IMG/VR virus record: IMGVR_UViG_3300020409_000039
Location: 1 to 37,617 of that record
Length of the DNA: 37,617 nucleotides
From: a virus
Lineage: Duplodnaviria; Caudoviricetes
Direction: 5' to 3' (one strand)
Under the pieces are notes generated by a model, which saw only the letters and a program-made list of their open reading frames with translations, ran no database searches and was not told where the DNA came from. Both the position numbers and the translations under genes were made by a program. Below are positions 9,201-21,300 of this stretch, piece after piece (the stretch's first letter is position 1; each line of letters opens with the position of its first letter).

Positions 9201-12200
9201 TTTTCTTCAGTTGCCAATGAACTTACATCAATATTAAGTAATTTTGATGTTGCAGAATATGTATTTGAGGGTGCAGGTCTTGAAGAATCATAAGGATCAA
9301 CAGTATATTCTTCAACTAATACAGAGGGAGATCCTAATCCAGCACCAACATCTGGTCTTGAAGTATCACCAAATTTATGATTTGGTTTCTGTATTCTAAC
9401 ATATCCTATTTGTGGGTCATCACCTAAACTGACTAATTCAATTCTTGCATCTTCAAAGACAGAAAATGAACCAGAAATCATTTCAATTTCAATTAATTTT
9501 GGAACGATATCAGGTGATTGACTATCAAGATAATGAAAATGTTTTGTAGATGGTTTAAGACCATTTGCTGAAAAATATACATTTCGAGATCTCATATAAG
9601 GATCTACTTTACTATCAATTTTTGCACTTTCTACGTAATCTCTTTCCTCTGCTTCACCTACCAAATAATTAGTAAATTGTCTTTCATCTTTTAATGTTTG
9701 TTTATTTACTTGTACAGTATCAACTCTTAACCAAGGATACTGATCAGTAACTTTTTGTACGTTGTTTATATCTTCATTTACAACTGTTGTATTAATAACA
9801 TTTGCTTGTTCAGCCCAAGTATTACCTGTTGATTCAACTCTATAATTATCCAAATAAACGGTTCTTGACCAATTATCTGATGGTGGATCTAAAAGAATTC
9901 CACCTGCAAATGTGATAACATTAAATGGGTTTACATTTTCTACTCTTGTTGCTTGTGGTTGATTAATCCAATCAATCTCAGTATAGTCAAGAGTTATTAA
10001 ATCGCCTGTTTTTTTGCAGTTTGTATCAAGTAATTGTAAATTAGAGTTTAAATCAGCAGATGCAAGATCAATATTTGGATTTAGTGCAAGTTCTGCTCTC
10101 ATAGACCAGAAATCAACTGCACTTATCAATTCTCTAGTTTCTACATTAACATCACATCTAGAACCTCCATCATTACTGAAATCAATGAAACTTCTATTTT
10201 TAAAATTGTTAACTACAAAACCTGTTTTGAATCTGTTGAGACCATCAGCATCTTTAACTTCTAGAGTTTTTGTATCTAATTCTAGTGCACTTAATGATGT
10301 GAATTCTTCTAAATTTGCAATTCTTTTTTCTAAAGCACCAATATCTCTCATCGTAAAACGACGATTATCAAACATTCTTATTTGAGGTTCTTGAACAACA
10401 TCATACAAATATGGAGGCAAAGTAATCTGAGCAATTTCCATTGCATTACCAACTTCAGTTGGGGGAACAGGAGATTCTGCTGATTCTCCTTTAATTAATT
10501 TTACCTGTTCATATTCATCAATAACAAGTCTATCAATACGTGGAAGATAGAAACTATATCCAAGAATAGAACTTTCATTTGGTGTAATTACAAATGGATT
10601 AGTTTCTTCAAATTCACGATTAGCAAAAGAGAATGGTGAACCGCTTGTTGCTGGATTAAATTCTTTTACTCTTGGTCTTGAATCTAAAATATCAGTTGCT
10701 CTATCTCCTGTTACGTATGCTATATCTTTTGAATATCTATCAGAGGTGAATGAATTTACTGTAAATAAATCACCTTTATTTCCTGATGGTACTTCATACT
10801 GGTCAAATATAACCAATAATCGTTTTGCAGGAATAGCAGAAGTTTCTTTTCGTACAATTCTTGAATAATCAGATATTTGTTTAGTATGTCCTTTATCTAA
10901 TAGGTAGTTATCAGTTCTATCGACATAGTTTCCGTTCACCACTTCAAAAACAGTTGAAATTATAGATGATTCATTAAATTTAATACTTTCACCAACAGTG
11001 AATCTATTTGCATTTAAGTAAACAAAACTTACATCAGTTGCGGTTCTTTCTACAATTTGACCTACTGCTCTACTTTCTTGACCAATTATTTTTTCTCCAA
11101 CAACTGACACAGTATCTAAATCCAGTCCAGATACAAATTTTAATTTATCATAAACTGGTTTAGATGTACTTTTTGATTCATAAATTCCAATTATTTTATT
11201 TACATCTGGCACATTTAGTGAAATCTCTTCATCTTCAATTCTCAATCCATATGAATCACTCTTTGTTAAACTAGAATCTGCTGATGCACCCGTCGTTCTT
11301 GTAATTTCTAATTGCTTACTTCTAATATAATTCTTTGATTTGCTTGTAACACCAACTTTTTTAAGTGTTACATTTACTGTGCAAGGAAGGTTGAATTCCA
11401 ATCCTGTAAATATAATATCATTACCATTATTTGTGATACTCACCTTGTCTGCTGATAGAGGTTCGATTAATCCATTATTATATGTTATTGTATATTTTTC
11501 AGCATCAAATGGTTCAAAAAATGCACTTGTAATACCTGCACTTGCATCTAAAGCATCCTGACTTGTTAATGATAGTGTATTACCACTTGAAGTTTTACCT
11601 GTAATTTGAGTAGTGATTATTAAATTAGAATTAGAAGAATTTAAATTTGAAATATTTCTTCTAGGTAATCTAGTATATAATCCAGCATCATCAATATTTG
11701 ATATTAAAGGAACTCTAACTCTAAAAGCACCTGAAGTTGTGCCACTAGTTATAGTATCTCCCTCATTAACATCAGTAACATCAGGGACTTCGACTAATGT
11801 AAGTGTTTTTCCACTGTTAGTTATATCTGTTACACGATTATAAACAGGATCCGTAAAATCATTTGAATTATAAGATATAACTGAATCTGTAGTAAGTCCT
11901 ACTTTACCTGCAAAATTACGACCTGCTACAGTGGCAGTATTAGTGGCACCACCTGTTGCAGTGACTGATAATTGATCTGATGGTGAAAAACCTGGCAATA
12001 CACGATCATAAAGAACTGAATCTGCTATAAAATCAGATACTAGACCACTACCACTTATCGTACTAATATCTTGGAAAACAGATTTAATATCAAATACATT
12101 ATATGCATTTATCTTAACAACTGAAGATTTTGTATCTGTAGTTTTTTCATTGTAAATTAATTGCTCTCCAACAATGAATGTACCAGTAGTCTCAGATACA

Positions 12201-13750
12201 TTAATTTCATCTGATGCACTTGTTCCAGAAATTTCTGCCAGATAACCTATGGCACCGCTAGATAATCCTCTAACTCTAGTGCCTTTAGGTTGTGAACCTA
12301 CTAAATTTGTTATTTTAAGAGTAGTATATGTTTGAATATCATATAAATGTAAATCAAATTCAGATGAAGCATTTTCATATGCTGAATCTGAAACTCCAAA
12401 AGAATATACTCTTGCCTCTCCTATTTTTAATCCAGTAGGTAAAGATGTTGAACCACTTCTCCTTTGATTATAAAGTCCAATTATGTTTGTATTATTTCCA
12501 CCCAAATTAATATATGGTGTTCCCTGAACATTATTTACTCGAAGTAAACTACCCATACTAAATGGTACAGATGCAGAGGGCACCTCTTTAACATCTCTTG
12601 GTTTATCAACATCTATAACAGTTGTGCCATTTAAATATACATCATATCCCTTCACATATGCTTTACCTGGTGATAATTTGACACACATAGTGTCCTCAGA
12701 GGGTTTATTACCATCATCAGTTAACTGATCTTCATTATATAATCCATTTGATTCAATTTCATCATTTAATGAATTTTGTAAATTAACACGAAATGGTTCA
12801 ACTGCATAGTTTCCAGACTCATCAAAAGTTCTTTTAGCAAAATATTTTTTAATCTGCGAGTATACTGAATCATCTTGTAACTTCTTAGTTACACCTTGAT
12901 CAACCTTGAATAATTCAACGAAGGAAGTATCATTAAAATCATTTATAGATTTTTTAGCTAATTTGAGTGTTATTTTAAATCTATCAGCACCTGGTGCAGC
13001 AAAATTTGTAAATCCCTTTGCATTATCAAATAGAGATGAATCATCATTAGCATTTACGACTTCTTCAATTATATCAAATCCAACTCTATATGATGGATTA
13101 TTGTTATATGGGTCTAATATTATCAAAGATGTTGACACATCAACAAAAGTTCCACGAATAAAGTATACACCCTCATTCACTCCAAAAGCAGAACCAGTTG
13201 TGGAAGCATTTTCTAGAGATAGAGTTAATATGGTTTCACCAGCGTTTAAAGTAGTATTTCCATAGGTTACACTCTCCTCTAAAATTAAAACCTCACCGTC
13301 TGGGAAAAGTGTGCTTAAAGTATCAGTTCCAGACTCATTATATTTTACAAAAATAGTTGGTTCAGTAACACCTTCGTTTGGTGGTAGAACATAATTTTTT
13401 ATAGTTGCAACAATACCAGAATTTTGACCTCTTACTCTTACACCTTTACCATTATTTTTTGCAATTAAACTATCTAAGTATATTGAAACATCTAAACCGA
13501 GATGATTTGGATTAATTTTACAAGAAAAATAAGATGTATCATACTCAATGCCACCTGGTATGACCATCGAACCTTCTTTGAAAACATGTTTTCCAAATGA
13601 TTCAACCTGATTTTGTAATATTGATTGTAAACCAGTTAATTCTCTTGCCTGTACTGGACTTCCAGGTTTGAAAAGAACTTTATAAAAATTTTTCGCCTTA
13701 TCAAAGTCGTCATAATAAGGACTTATATTTAAATTTGTCTTTTGTGGCAT
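6281..13750 (-). CDS. vrlC: VrlC-like (DUF4815) large virion structural protein, 2489 aa
   Basis: N-terminal NLNISPYYDDFD...VLFKPGSPVQARELTGLQSILQNQ, APGADR, RTFDESGNY, DPLAQSF, GSLFKSQNG and C-terminal DFRTIALA; follows gp8 as in cyanomyoviruses. Confidence 0.88.
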   Translation of the reverse strand: MPQKTNLNISPYYDDFDKAKNFYKVLFKPGSPVQARELTGLQSILQNQVESFGKHVFKEGSMVIPGGIEYDTSYFSCKINPNHLGLDVSIYLDSLIAKNNGKGVRVRGQNSGIVATIKNYVLPPNEGVTEPTIFVKYNESGTDTLSTLFPDGEVLILEESVTYGNTTLNAGETILTLSLENASTTGSAFGVNEGVYFIRGTFVDVSTSLIILDPYNNNPSYRVGFDIIEEVVNANDDSSLFDNAKGFTNFAAPGADRFKITLKLAKKSINDFNDTSFVELFKVDQGVTKKLQDDSVYSQIKKYFAKRTFDESGNYAVEPFRVNLQNSLNDEIESNGLYNEDQLTDDGNKPSEDTMCVKLSPGKAYVKGYDVYLNGTTVIDVDKPRDVKEVPSASVPFSMGSLLRVNNVQGTPYINLGGNNTNIIGLYNQRRSGSTSLPTGLKIGEARVYSFGVSDSAYENASSEFDLHLYDIQTYTTLKITNLVGSQPKGTRVRGLSSGAIGYLAEISGTSASDEINVSETTGTFIVGEQLIYNEKTTDTKSSVVKINAYNVFDIKSVFQDISTISGSGLVSDFIADSVLYDRVLPGFSPSDQLSVTATGGATNTATVAGRNFAGKVGLTTDSVISYNSNDFTDPVYNRVTDITNSGKTLTLVEVPDVTDVNEGDTITSGTTSGAFRVRVPLISNIDDAGLYTRLPRRNISNLNSSNSNLIITTQITGKTSSGNTLSLTSQDALDASAGITSAFFEPFDAEKYTITYNNGLIEPLSADKVSITNNGNDIIFTGLEFNLPCTVNVTLKKVGVTSKSKNYIRSKQLEITRTTGASADSSLTKSDSYGLRIEDEEISLNVPDVNKIIGIYESKSTSKPVYDKLKFVSGLDLDTVSVVGEKIIGQESRAVGQIVERTATDVSFVYLNANRFTVGESIKFNESSIISTVFEVVNGNYVDRTDNYLLDKGHTKQISDYSRIVRKETSAIPAKRLLVIFDQYEVPSGNKGDLFTVNSFTSDRYSKDIAYVTGDRATDILDSRPRVKEFNPATSGSPFSFANREFEETNPFVITPNESSILGYSFYLPRIDRLVIDEYEQVKLIKGESAESPVPPTEVGNAMEIAQITLPPYLYDVVQEPQIRMFDNRRFTMRDIGALEKRIANLEEFTSLSALELDTKTLEVKDADGLNRFKTGFVVNNFKNRSFIDFSNDGGSRCDVNVETRELISAVDFWSMRAELALNPNIDLASADLNSNLQLLDTNCKKTGDLITLDYTEIDWINQPQATRVENVNPFNVITFAGGILLDPPSDNWSRTVYLDNYRVESTGNTWAEQANVINTTVVNEDINNVQKVTDQYPWLRVDTVQVNKQTLKDERQFTNYLVGEAEERDYVESAKIDSKVDPYMRSRNVYFSANGLKPSTKHFHYLDSQSPDIVPKLIEIEMISGSFSVFEDARIELVSLGDDPQIGYVRIQKPNHKFGDTSRPDVGAGLGSPSVLVEEYTVDPYDSSRPAPSNTYSATSKLLNIDVSSLATEEKYFGYAVKGAMVIGETSGAVAKITSIDLVSDNWGDIIGSFFFRDANKTPRPPKTFRSGAKTFRVTAAAEGAIQLTGSTSLASDASGVFTGTGVIITQTNNNVQIRNPAAPPQRANSFTERINVKETIIDTKFVKAPHRDPLAQSFRVDETGAFLTSFDVYFASKDPNAKVFVELRHMELGTPTEFLVQNYTQVALNPNQVNVSDDASVPTTISFPSPVYLEPDKEYAIVFLSPASDLYEMWVARMGERTVRPTTLPDVEDVVVSKQYIGGSLFKSQNGTIWTPSQYEDLTFKLRKASFVESGTTTFYNTPINPGNLNCQKLSTNPIRSLPRKLKIGISGNDCIDANLGIGDKITMADATNSIVDGVNSNDDNSITGIIEGQGSSISSSTSTSIVSRGSGYPVTGAPIADVPLKSLTGSGTGAVASITVATINGVAGAINAITLSTLGTGYQVGDVLTIDNANDSDITSGAGFKCTVSAINTQFDTLFLTNVQGSQFTTNRKLVKYTNGNTTPKSLITNSQVLSSTVNGEVFTGDVFEVSQFNHAHHGANNKVLVKNVKPDTLKVQTTSTIASDATEVEIVDSTPFTSFNGITTTTGSALIGSELVTYSIPAGVSGKLNIVRGQFNTTPTSHDAGTDIQTYESGGISLTGINTSFDITTFDDGIDKYYLKVDVLGLDANRTGDKLICFTDEKAFGGKNVQISQNHQFSTINPQFNVITPGKSTNVNSSLRTVSGTSSGGSEVSFIDQGFEPVTLNRTAFLPTPRLVSSVINETERLTTLPKNKSLTLNVNMSSSDSNLSPVLDVKNATFILGRNKINDPVGVENYANDEKTKALRGDPHGSVFISELVTLKNPATSLKVLVAASRQPEADFRVYYRLFSFDSSGISQTYRPFPGYKNMTDTTGDGFGDQIIDSSMNDGRPDAFVPADNIGEFTEYQFSVDDLEEFNGFKIKIVMSSTNESVPIKLKDFRTIALA

Positions 13751-13751
13751 T

Positions 13752-15341
13752 TTAGAACTCTAGTATGATTTTAATGTCCTCTTTTTGTCGAGTGCTCCTC
13801 ACAATTTCTGGTCTATTATCTAGATAAATTATTTGTCCCGACCCTTTATTTATCTCAGAATCAGATAACCCTGCCTGAAATCTTGTTCCAAGATTTATTA
13901 ATTTATTTCCAGTTGGATTAGTAGTTATTCCTGAAAATGAATTCATAATACCACCTGAGAATCCAGAAGTAGTTCCTTTTATATCGTTATCCTGACTTGC
14001 ACTTTCAAATTGATATATAACACCTGATGTGGTAATTCCAACATAATCTGTTTGGTCATATGTTGTATTATTGAAATAAAGTGATCTATCTCTAAAGTAT
14101 TTTAAAACTTTAGTATCCTTGTCATAAGATGCAACAAATCCTTTAGCAATTTTTCCTGCATTTGGACTCACGGTTAATAATTGTGTTATTTTTTCACCAA
14201 CTTGTGGAGTTCCTGTCACACTTTCAAACTTTACTGCCTGTAGTGATGAGAATGTATCATCGCTATAAACTGTATCAGTTCCAGATTTAGTTGGATTTTT
14301 GACAATACCAACTTGTGCAAATGTAGTATCACTAGGAAAATCTTTGGTAGAATCGTCAAAACGAGAATAAATTATAACCTTATCAGTCCCTAACTCAGTG
14401 TAAATATCATCCCCATGACCTCTTGCAGGAGGTATTATAGGTATTAACTTTGCTTTTCCATTTGATGGAACATTTGAATCCAAACCCGCTAAATCAACAA
14501 TACCATAAGTATAACCTTTTCCACCAGAACTTACAGTTACATTCGTGATAGTTCCACCAACAACATCTACTCTCGCTTTTGCACCTGTTCCATCACCAAC
14601 TATATTTACCTCTTGAGATAAATCATTTGCATAGTTTGTACCACCATTTTCAATGTAAACGTGTTTTATTTGATTTAAATTTACATTAGAGTTTCCATTT
14701 TCTCTTACTGTTCTAATTTGAGAATCAGTAGATGATGACCAATCATTTGGTACAGTAATAAACTCTGTTGAATCAAATTTAATAATATCACTAGGAGATA
14801 CTGTAAATAAGTATTTCCATTTATACCCATCACCACTATTACCTGCTTTTGATGGTTCAAGATCGGTAAATGTTGGTTCATCTTGTGATACATTACCTAA
14901 TGGATTAATACCTGAAGAACCATTGTCAATACAAATATAAACTTTGAAATCGGAGTTCATTACATAATAATTTGCATCATATAATCTATTAGATTTTGTT
15001 AAAGGACTTTGATTCTTAGGACTATAATCATCCCTATAAATCTCATATCTATTACCAGATACCCAATCTACTCTTCTAATAAGTCTTCTAATATTAGCAG
15101 ATGATACTTTTTTACCGAACATCATTGTATCACTACTATGCCTTTGATAGGCAAAACTATCCGTTGGTGCGGGGGTGGCTGTATTCCAATCACTTGATCT
15201 ACCAAATCCCACTAAAGTTTCTGCACCAGTAGGATTCGCTAATCCCAAAAACACATAATATGAATTATTTGTATCTTCTACTGACGCTACAAAATTATTT
15301 GCATTTAAAATTCTAAATTGATCAGTAACAATTGCTGACAT
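13752..15341 (-). CDS. gp8: Baseplate wedge subunit
   Basis: MSAIVTDQFRILNANNF, YYVMNSDFKVYICIDN, DGYKWKYLFT, C-terminal IYLDNRP...QKEDIKIILEF. Confidence 0.92.
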   Translation of the reverse strand: MSAIVTDQFRILNANNFVASVEDTNNSYYVFLGLANPTGAETLVGFGRSSDWNTATPAPTDSFAYQRHSSDTMMFGKKVSSANIRRLIRRVDWVSGNRYEIYRDDYSPKNQSPLTKSNRLYDANYYVMNSDFKVYICIDNGSSGINPLGNVSQDEPTFTDLEPSKAGNSGDGYKWKYLFTVSPSDIIKFDSTEFITVPNDWSSSTDSQIRTVRENGNSNVNLNQIKHVYIENGGTNYANDLSQEVNIVGDGTGAKARVDVVGGTITNVTVSSGGKGYTYGIVDLAGLDSNVPSNGKAKLIPIIPPARGHGDDIYTELGTDKVIIYSRFDDSTKDFPSDTTFAQVGIVKNPTKSGTDTVYSDDTFSSLQAVKFESVTGTPQVGEKITQLLTVSPNAGKIAKGFVASYDKDTKVLKYFRDRSLYFNNTTYDQTDYVGITTSGVIYQFESASQDNDIKGTTSGFSGGIMNSFSGITTNPTGNKLINLGTRFQAGLSDSEINKGSGQIIYLDNRPEIVRSTRQKEDIKIILEF

Positions 15342-15361
15342 CGTATCTATACTTTTCTTTC

Positions 15362-15369
15362 TATTTATA
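15362..15369 (-). promoter_or_regulatory. T4-type late promoter TATAAATA
   Basis: Exact consensus in the 40-bp gap, 21 nt upstream of the gp8 ATG. Confidence 0.85.
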
Positions 15370-15381
15370 GTGGTTTCTGCA

Positions 15382-18300
15382 TCAAGCTATAATAGCTCTT
15401 ATTGAACCACTATTTCTATGACCTCTTTCTCCAAGATTATCATAACTCTTTCTTTGTATCGTTGGGAAAGTTGTAAGTCCAGAATTTACAGTCAAACCAG
15501 TAACACCAATGGAAATTGGGTTATTTGAACGTGCAACATCATTACCATACAGTCTACCCCAACTTAATTTGCCTATAGGAACTGCAGTACCAGTAACGCC
15601 TTCGTATAGTCCTTGAGTGCTGATACCACTGATAGAACCAGCACTATTAGTATGTACGTGACATATTATAGTTCCTTTTGAACCATTAGTTGTTATAGAA
15701 TGAACAACATAAACATTATCGAGGAAAGTTGTTCCAATGCCAACGACTGATGAATTACCAGGTTCTACTGATGTAAGTCCATTTCCTACTTTTGTATCAG
15801 TAATTAGAATTGGATACCCTACTTGTAATGTATTTGCTGTAGCATTTATTAATTGACCATCACTATTTTTAACAACTGCATGATAATCAAATCTAAGTGC
15901 TGGACCTCCACCACTTCTAGTAGTTTGAGTAATACCAGTTATAATTCCAGTATAACCTTGGAAATTAGATAATCCAGTAACTTTTTCTGTTTTAAATTTA
16001 GGTAATGGAATTATCGCTGTAGGTGGATCGATAAATCCAGATCCTGCATCAGTTACATTTGTACTTACAAGTGAACCTCCACTAAAGGTTGCTGTTGCAG
16101 TTGCTGTGCTTATACCAAGACTATCAGCAGTTGTAAGACCAGCACCTAATGGTTCAGTTATGTTTAAATCAAATGTACCATCTTCATATCCAGATCCAGC
16201 ATTTGTGATTGTAAATCCAGTCAAAGATCCAGAGGTTATATTAGCAGTTACAGTTGCACCCTCATTTACCTCACCTGAAGTAATTAAAGCATCAACAGAG
16301 TCAACTGTAATTCCAGAATACTTATTCTCATAGAATAATGAAACAGCATCATCAACGAATATTCCGTCATTTGTACCAGTTCCTTTTCCAGATATAACAG
16401 ATAAATCACCAATTATTTTTGATGTAGGATAAATTTGAGGTTCTAATATAGATCTAGATTTATTAATTACTTCACCATTAATTATAAAATCAGTTTTTTG
16501 CTTAGTCCATCTTACTGGTTTTTCATTTATTTCATCAATGCCAAGTCCTGTATAAATGTCAGTATCAAGTATGTCTGTGTTAAGAATTTCTTTTACTATT
16601 CTTTCACTTTGTTGTGATGTAGTTATTCCAAGTAAGTTTTGATTTGCAAAAACTCTTAAATCATCACCTACTTTTATTGTCTCAGAGACATTTTCAAGTT
16701 GAACATCTATTCCGTCAATTCCTTTATAGAAGTAAATATCTACTTTATCATTATCATTAAGACCAGGACCTGATTCACCGCTAGGTGGTTCTGTGAACGT
16801 AAATGTTGTTCCACCTTGGAATTGATATGCTTCGCCAGGTTTCTGTAATACACCATTTATAAAAATAAGTAATACAGCATCTAAGTCTATTAAAGCAGAA
16901 CGAGGATCGGTTAATACTTTTTCAAAACTTAATAGTTCGCCATTAAAGAATAATGGGAATCTTGTTCTTATACCATCTTGTAGTATTTTAATACTATCAA
17001 TCGCATCAATTTCACCAAACTGCCAAGCAGAGAACTTGTCATTGAATATTTCCAATACCTCTAATTCAAATTCTTGTATTGGTGCTGATAAATGAGCAGC
17101 AGTTACTAAACCTACAGGTTTAAATTTATCTCCTTTTTTGAATGAGTGTCCTGCTCTTGCAATTTCAAAATCTTTTATTGTGAATAATGTTGATCCAATT
17201 CCAACACTCGTTGATGCAGCACTAACTCCAACATTTAATAATAGATTTAATCCAGTATCTGTAGTTGAACCAACTCCTAGTCTTGATATACCCTCAACTT
17301 CAAGATTCTCATAGACTGGTTCAGGTATATTGATTTGTGGATTAACATATCCAGTACCAGGATTAGTTATTGTAAATGAAAGTGTGCCTCCTACACCCAC
17401 TATCGCCTCTACAGTGGCACCAGTTCCACCTCCACCACCAGAACCAACATTAATGGTGATTGTATTTGTTGTGGTCTCTGTTATTGCAGTTTGTATACCA
17501 GCGATAGGATCAGAGTTGGGGAAACTTGTTTTAGATACTGCACGAGGATATGGATGATCTGAGAAGAAATTGTCTTTTGAACACTTGAATACTAAACCAC
17601 CAGTATCAATACCAACTGTATCACTTGTTGTTAAAGTATGATTTGGTATTGTAAGAATTAGTTGTCCTGAATGTGATTCATAAAGTGCATCAGTTGCAGT
17701 AAATGCATCTCCAGCAAAAGTTCCTTTTTTAATTGACCCAATACCAGCACTTACGAATTTATGTTCATATGCAATGTCAGTGACTCCAATCGCAACACTA
17801 CCACCACGATAACCAGAACCAAATGTTAAATCTTCATAGAATTCATATACATGACCACCGCCTTGATAAGTATGTGGTATGGTGCTGGCACCTGCTATCA
17901 CCTCAAAACTTCTCTCAGATACAATACCAACAACAAATAATGGTCTTTCGTGGTCTTGGAAAATAGTTGTTGTAACTCCAACATATCCACCACCACCAAT
18001 TGTTTGAACTGCTGTAGCAGTTGCTGAAACAAAGGTATGAGGGTAAACATCACCTGGATTAGATGCACCAACATTTACTCTAAATGTATTTGTAGTGACG
18101 TTACTTACTGTTAAATATTGATTTGCAGCAGGGTCAGTTGCTCTTGGATAGTATTTGGTTGATACATTACCGTCTAATGTACATGTGAACCCGATTGAAT
18201 CTGTTTCAAGAACTACAGCATCACCATTTACTAACCCATGATTTGCAATTGTTATTGTAGAGATACCAGTTACACCGTCGTAAGTAGCATTTGTAGGTTG

Positions 18301-21300
18301 TCCAACTACAGTCTTAGGACATTTAAATTCTAATCCCTTTAATTTAACCGAAGTAGGTCTATCTAATCCAAATCCATGAACATCATTTGTAGTTACAGTT
18401 ATTATTCCAGTATTATTATCATATTCAGCAGTTTGAATACCTATATTAAATCCTGATGATGTCCCAATACCTACAATACCTGTTAATTCCCCATCACTAT
18501 TTTTCTCTGCCCTTACTTTAGCACCGTGCAATGGAGCATATCCTAAACCCTCTGTAGAACCAAGAGAAACAATAAGACCACCTCTAGGTATTTGGTTTTG
18601 ATTTATATCTGAATCTGAGACTATAAACTGACCATTCTCTGAAGTTATACCTGTAAATCTAATAGTTGAAATTCCAGCAATTGTATCAATACCAACATTA
18701 TAATTATTTGGATTGCCTGTATTATTTGTTGTATCTGGTGTTTGGAATACTCCATTAATGAATACAACTCCATTACCTATTCCAAGACCTGCAGATGTAT
18801 GTGCTCCACCAACTTTTAAGTCATATGCAGTGGTAAGACCAGTAAAAGTATCTGAGATATCATCAAATAACATATTTGTGGTATAATCTTGTCTCAAGAA
18901 AGTTCTACCACTGAAGTTTGCCTTTACGAAAGGTATTTCAGTCTCTGTTCTTCTTGTACGAGTATTACCTTTGGGTGGTTCAATAAAATGAATTGAACTG
19001 TCAACAATATTGAATGAACCTCTATGAACTCTAATAGTATCACCATTACTGTGTGAAGTAGCAGCAATTCCTAAAACACCTCTCTCAACTCTAACTGTTG
19101 GTATGTTTGAAATTCCTAGTGATATATTTAATTGATCATCTATCTTTCCACTTCCATCTGATGTACTTGAGAAACCAACCTCAATAATTTTCATATATTC
19201 ATTATTTACTTTTAATACATCAAATGTTGATATTGAACTAATTCCACTTAAAGAGAATTGTGTTGTTGCAACACCGATATTTACATCTAAAGTGTAATTT
19301 AAATCTGTAAATGTTATTGGTTGTTGTACTACACCATCTAATCCAATAATAGTCTTAGACAATTTGTTTGACATATTCAACTTATGAGCATTACCAGCAC
19401 CGATACCAGTAAATGTTATTGCAATACCAGAAGTAATATCTTCTCTTGTCGGGAATAATTGGAATGTATTTTCATCTATCGTTTTGGCAAATACAGTTGT
19501 AGGTAAAATATCAGTGCTAACACCAGAATTATTAATTGTTGAACCAATTGATAATGCTGTTGCAGCAATTCCAATAAATGTTGATGTTGGTTCATATGTA
19601 ATTTCTTCATTAGTATTGAAGAAATGATTAGGAATTGTAAATGTACCTGTAGACTTTTCAAGACCTACACCATCAGGATTGAATGTTTTACTATAGATCG
19701 GTGTTCCTTCAAAAGTTAAGTCAAACTTAGTTTTATTTGCTCTTCGACCCTCAAGTCCATCAAAGGTTGATAGTAAAACATCTTGCTCTACAGCACCATA
19801 TCTTAGAGGAGTTGGTAAATTATCAAAATCAGTCGCTGTATATAAAATTTGATTATACGCTTGAACTTGAACTTCGTCAGTAAATTCAGCATCAGGAACA
19901 AAAAGTAATGATATATTATCACCATTTGTATCTGATATAAAAGTACCAACTCCAGAAGTTGAACCTAATGATACATATGGATATTGAACAACTAGAACAT
20001 CTGCAGAATCTCTAACAGCAACAACTTGATGAATAGCTGAGGTTTGTCCAGTGGATACCCTGACTAATGATTTAACAGTGCTATCTAAATTTTTATCGAT
20101 GGTTGCAAAAGAAATAGAACCACCTACACCAACATTAACAGTAGATTCAAATCTAGCACTTCTTTCAGCACCTATAGGTTGTCCTGTTGTTAAAAATCTA
20201 TGTGTACCGATTCCAGCAGTTGTTGTTCCTAAACCGACTATGTTTGCTTTTGCGTCGAGTGTAGAAACTCTATCATTTTCAATTTGCAACTTAATAATAT
20301 CATTTTCCATTCTAGTTGTTACAACACCAACAGAGTTTGTGGTAATAGCACCACCAGCATCAATATAAACTTGTGAGGTAGTTGTATCTACACCATCAAA
20401 ATCAACAGTAATTTCATTATAATTAATTTCTTTGGTTACAGAATCTTGTACAAAAATAGTAGCGTACAATCCATTAAATTCGTCCTTGTTGAATTCAGCG
20501 ATTGTTGTAGTATTGAATCCTGTAGTAGCAGATTCTATTCCTACATTTGCACTTATTAAGTCGATACTTCCAATAACAGTAGTTGTAACACCTAAAGAAT
20601 CATTATCGTAGAAAGTTTTAACAATTTTAATATCATGATCTTTTGTAAATTGCTCAACTGGATTAAACAATAAATTTTTTGTTCCATCAAGTTTTATTTC
20701 TGTTTCAAAACTTCCTAATTTTGAATTTCCATCAATATTATCTAAACCTATTCCACTACTATCTGTTGACTTTTCTAATAAAAGTACATCATTTTCAGTC
20801 GTAAGAACAACTAATTCACTCAATTGTGCGTCAAAGGTGTCAGGATCAACTACTTGTATTAAATAATGAACAAACTTTCCGTTAATTTGATCAAGAATAG
20901 ATGAATTTGCAGCAAAACCTACACTAGAAAACTCATTACTTATGTCATCGTGAATAAGAACTCTATTTGAAATACATTTATTAAAGTTAGTTAATTTCTT
21001 CGCTGATAATATTAGAGATTTTGTTTTATTTCCTAATCTATTAAAATCTAATACATTATCAAAATTATTAATAGCATCAACTCTATTATCATCACTAACT
21101 ATATCGAGAATTGTAACATCAATCGCAGGTATGGTAGTACCAATTCCCACATTAGTTTTAGTTTCTATGAATGTATCTGCAAAGTTTTTTAAACCTGCAG
21201 GATGTATAATACTATTCAAACTATTTGAGAATTTTTCCCAAGTAATGGGACTCTTTACAGAATATGATAAGTTTTGATAATAATCATTATTGGGTGTAAC

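Noticed and set aside
1689-19661. Short minus-strand alternate-frame ORFs (1689-2048, 4289-4582, 14705-14893, 19476-19661)
   Set aside because: L/Q/V-rich shifted-frame artefacts inside intact genes; no slippery site or frameshift evidence
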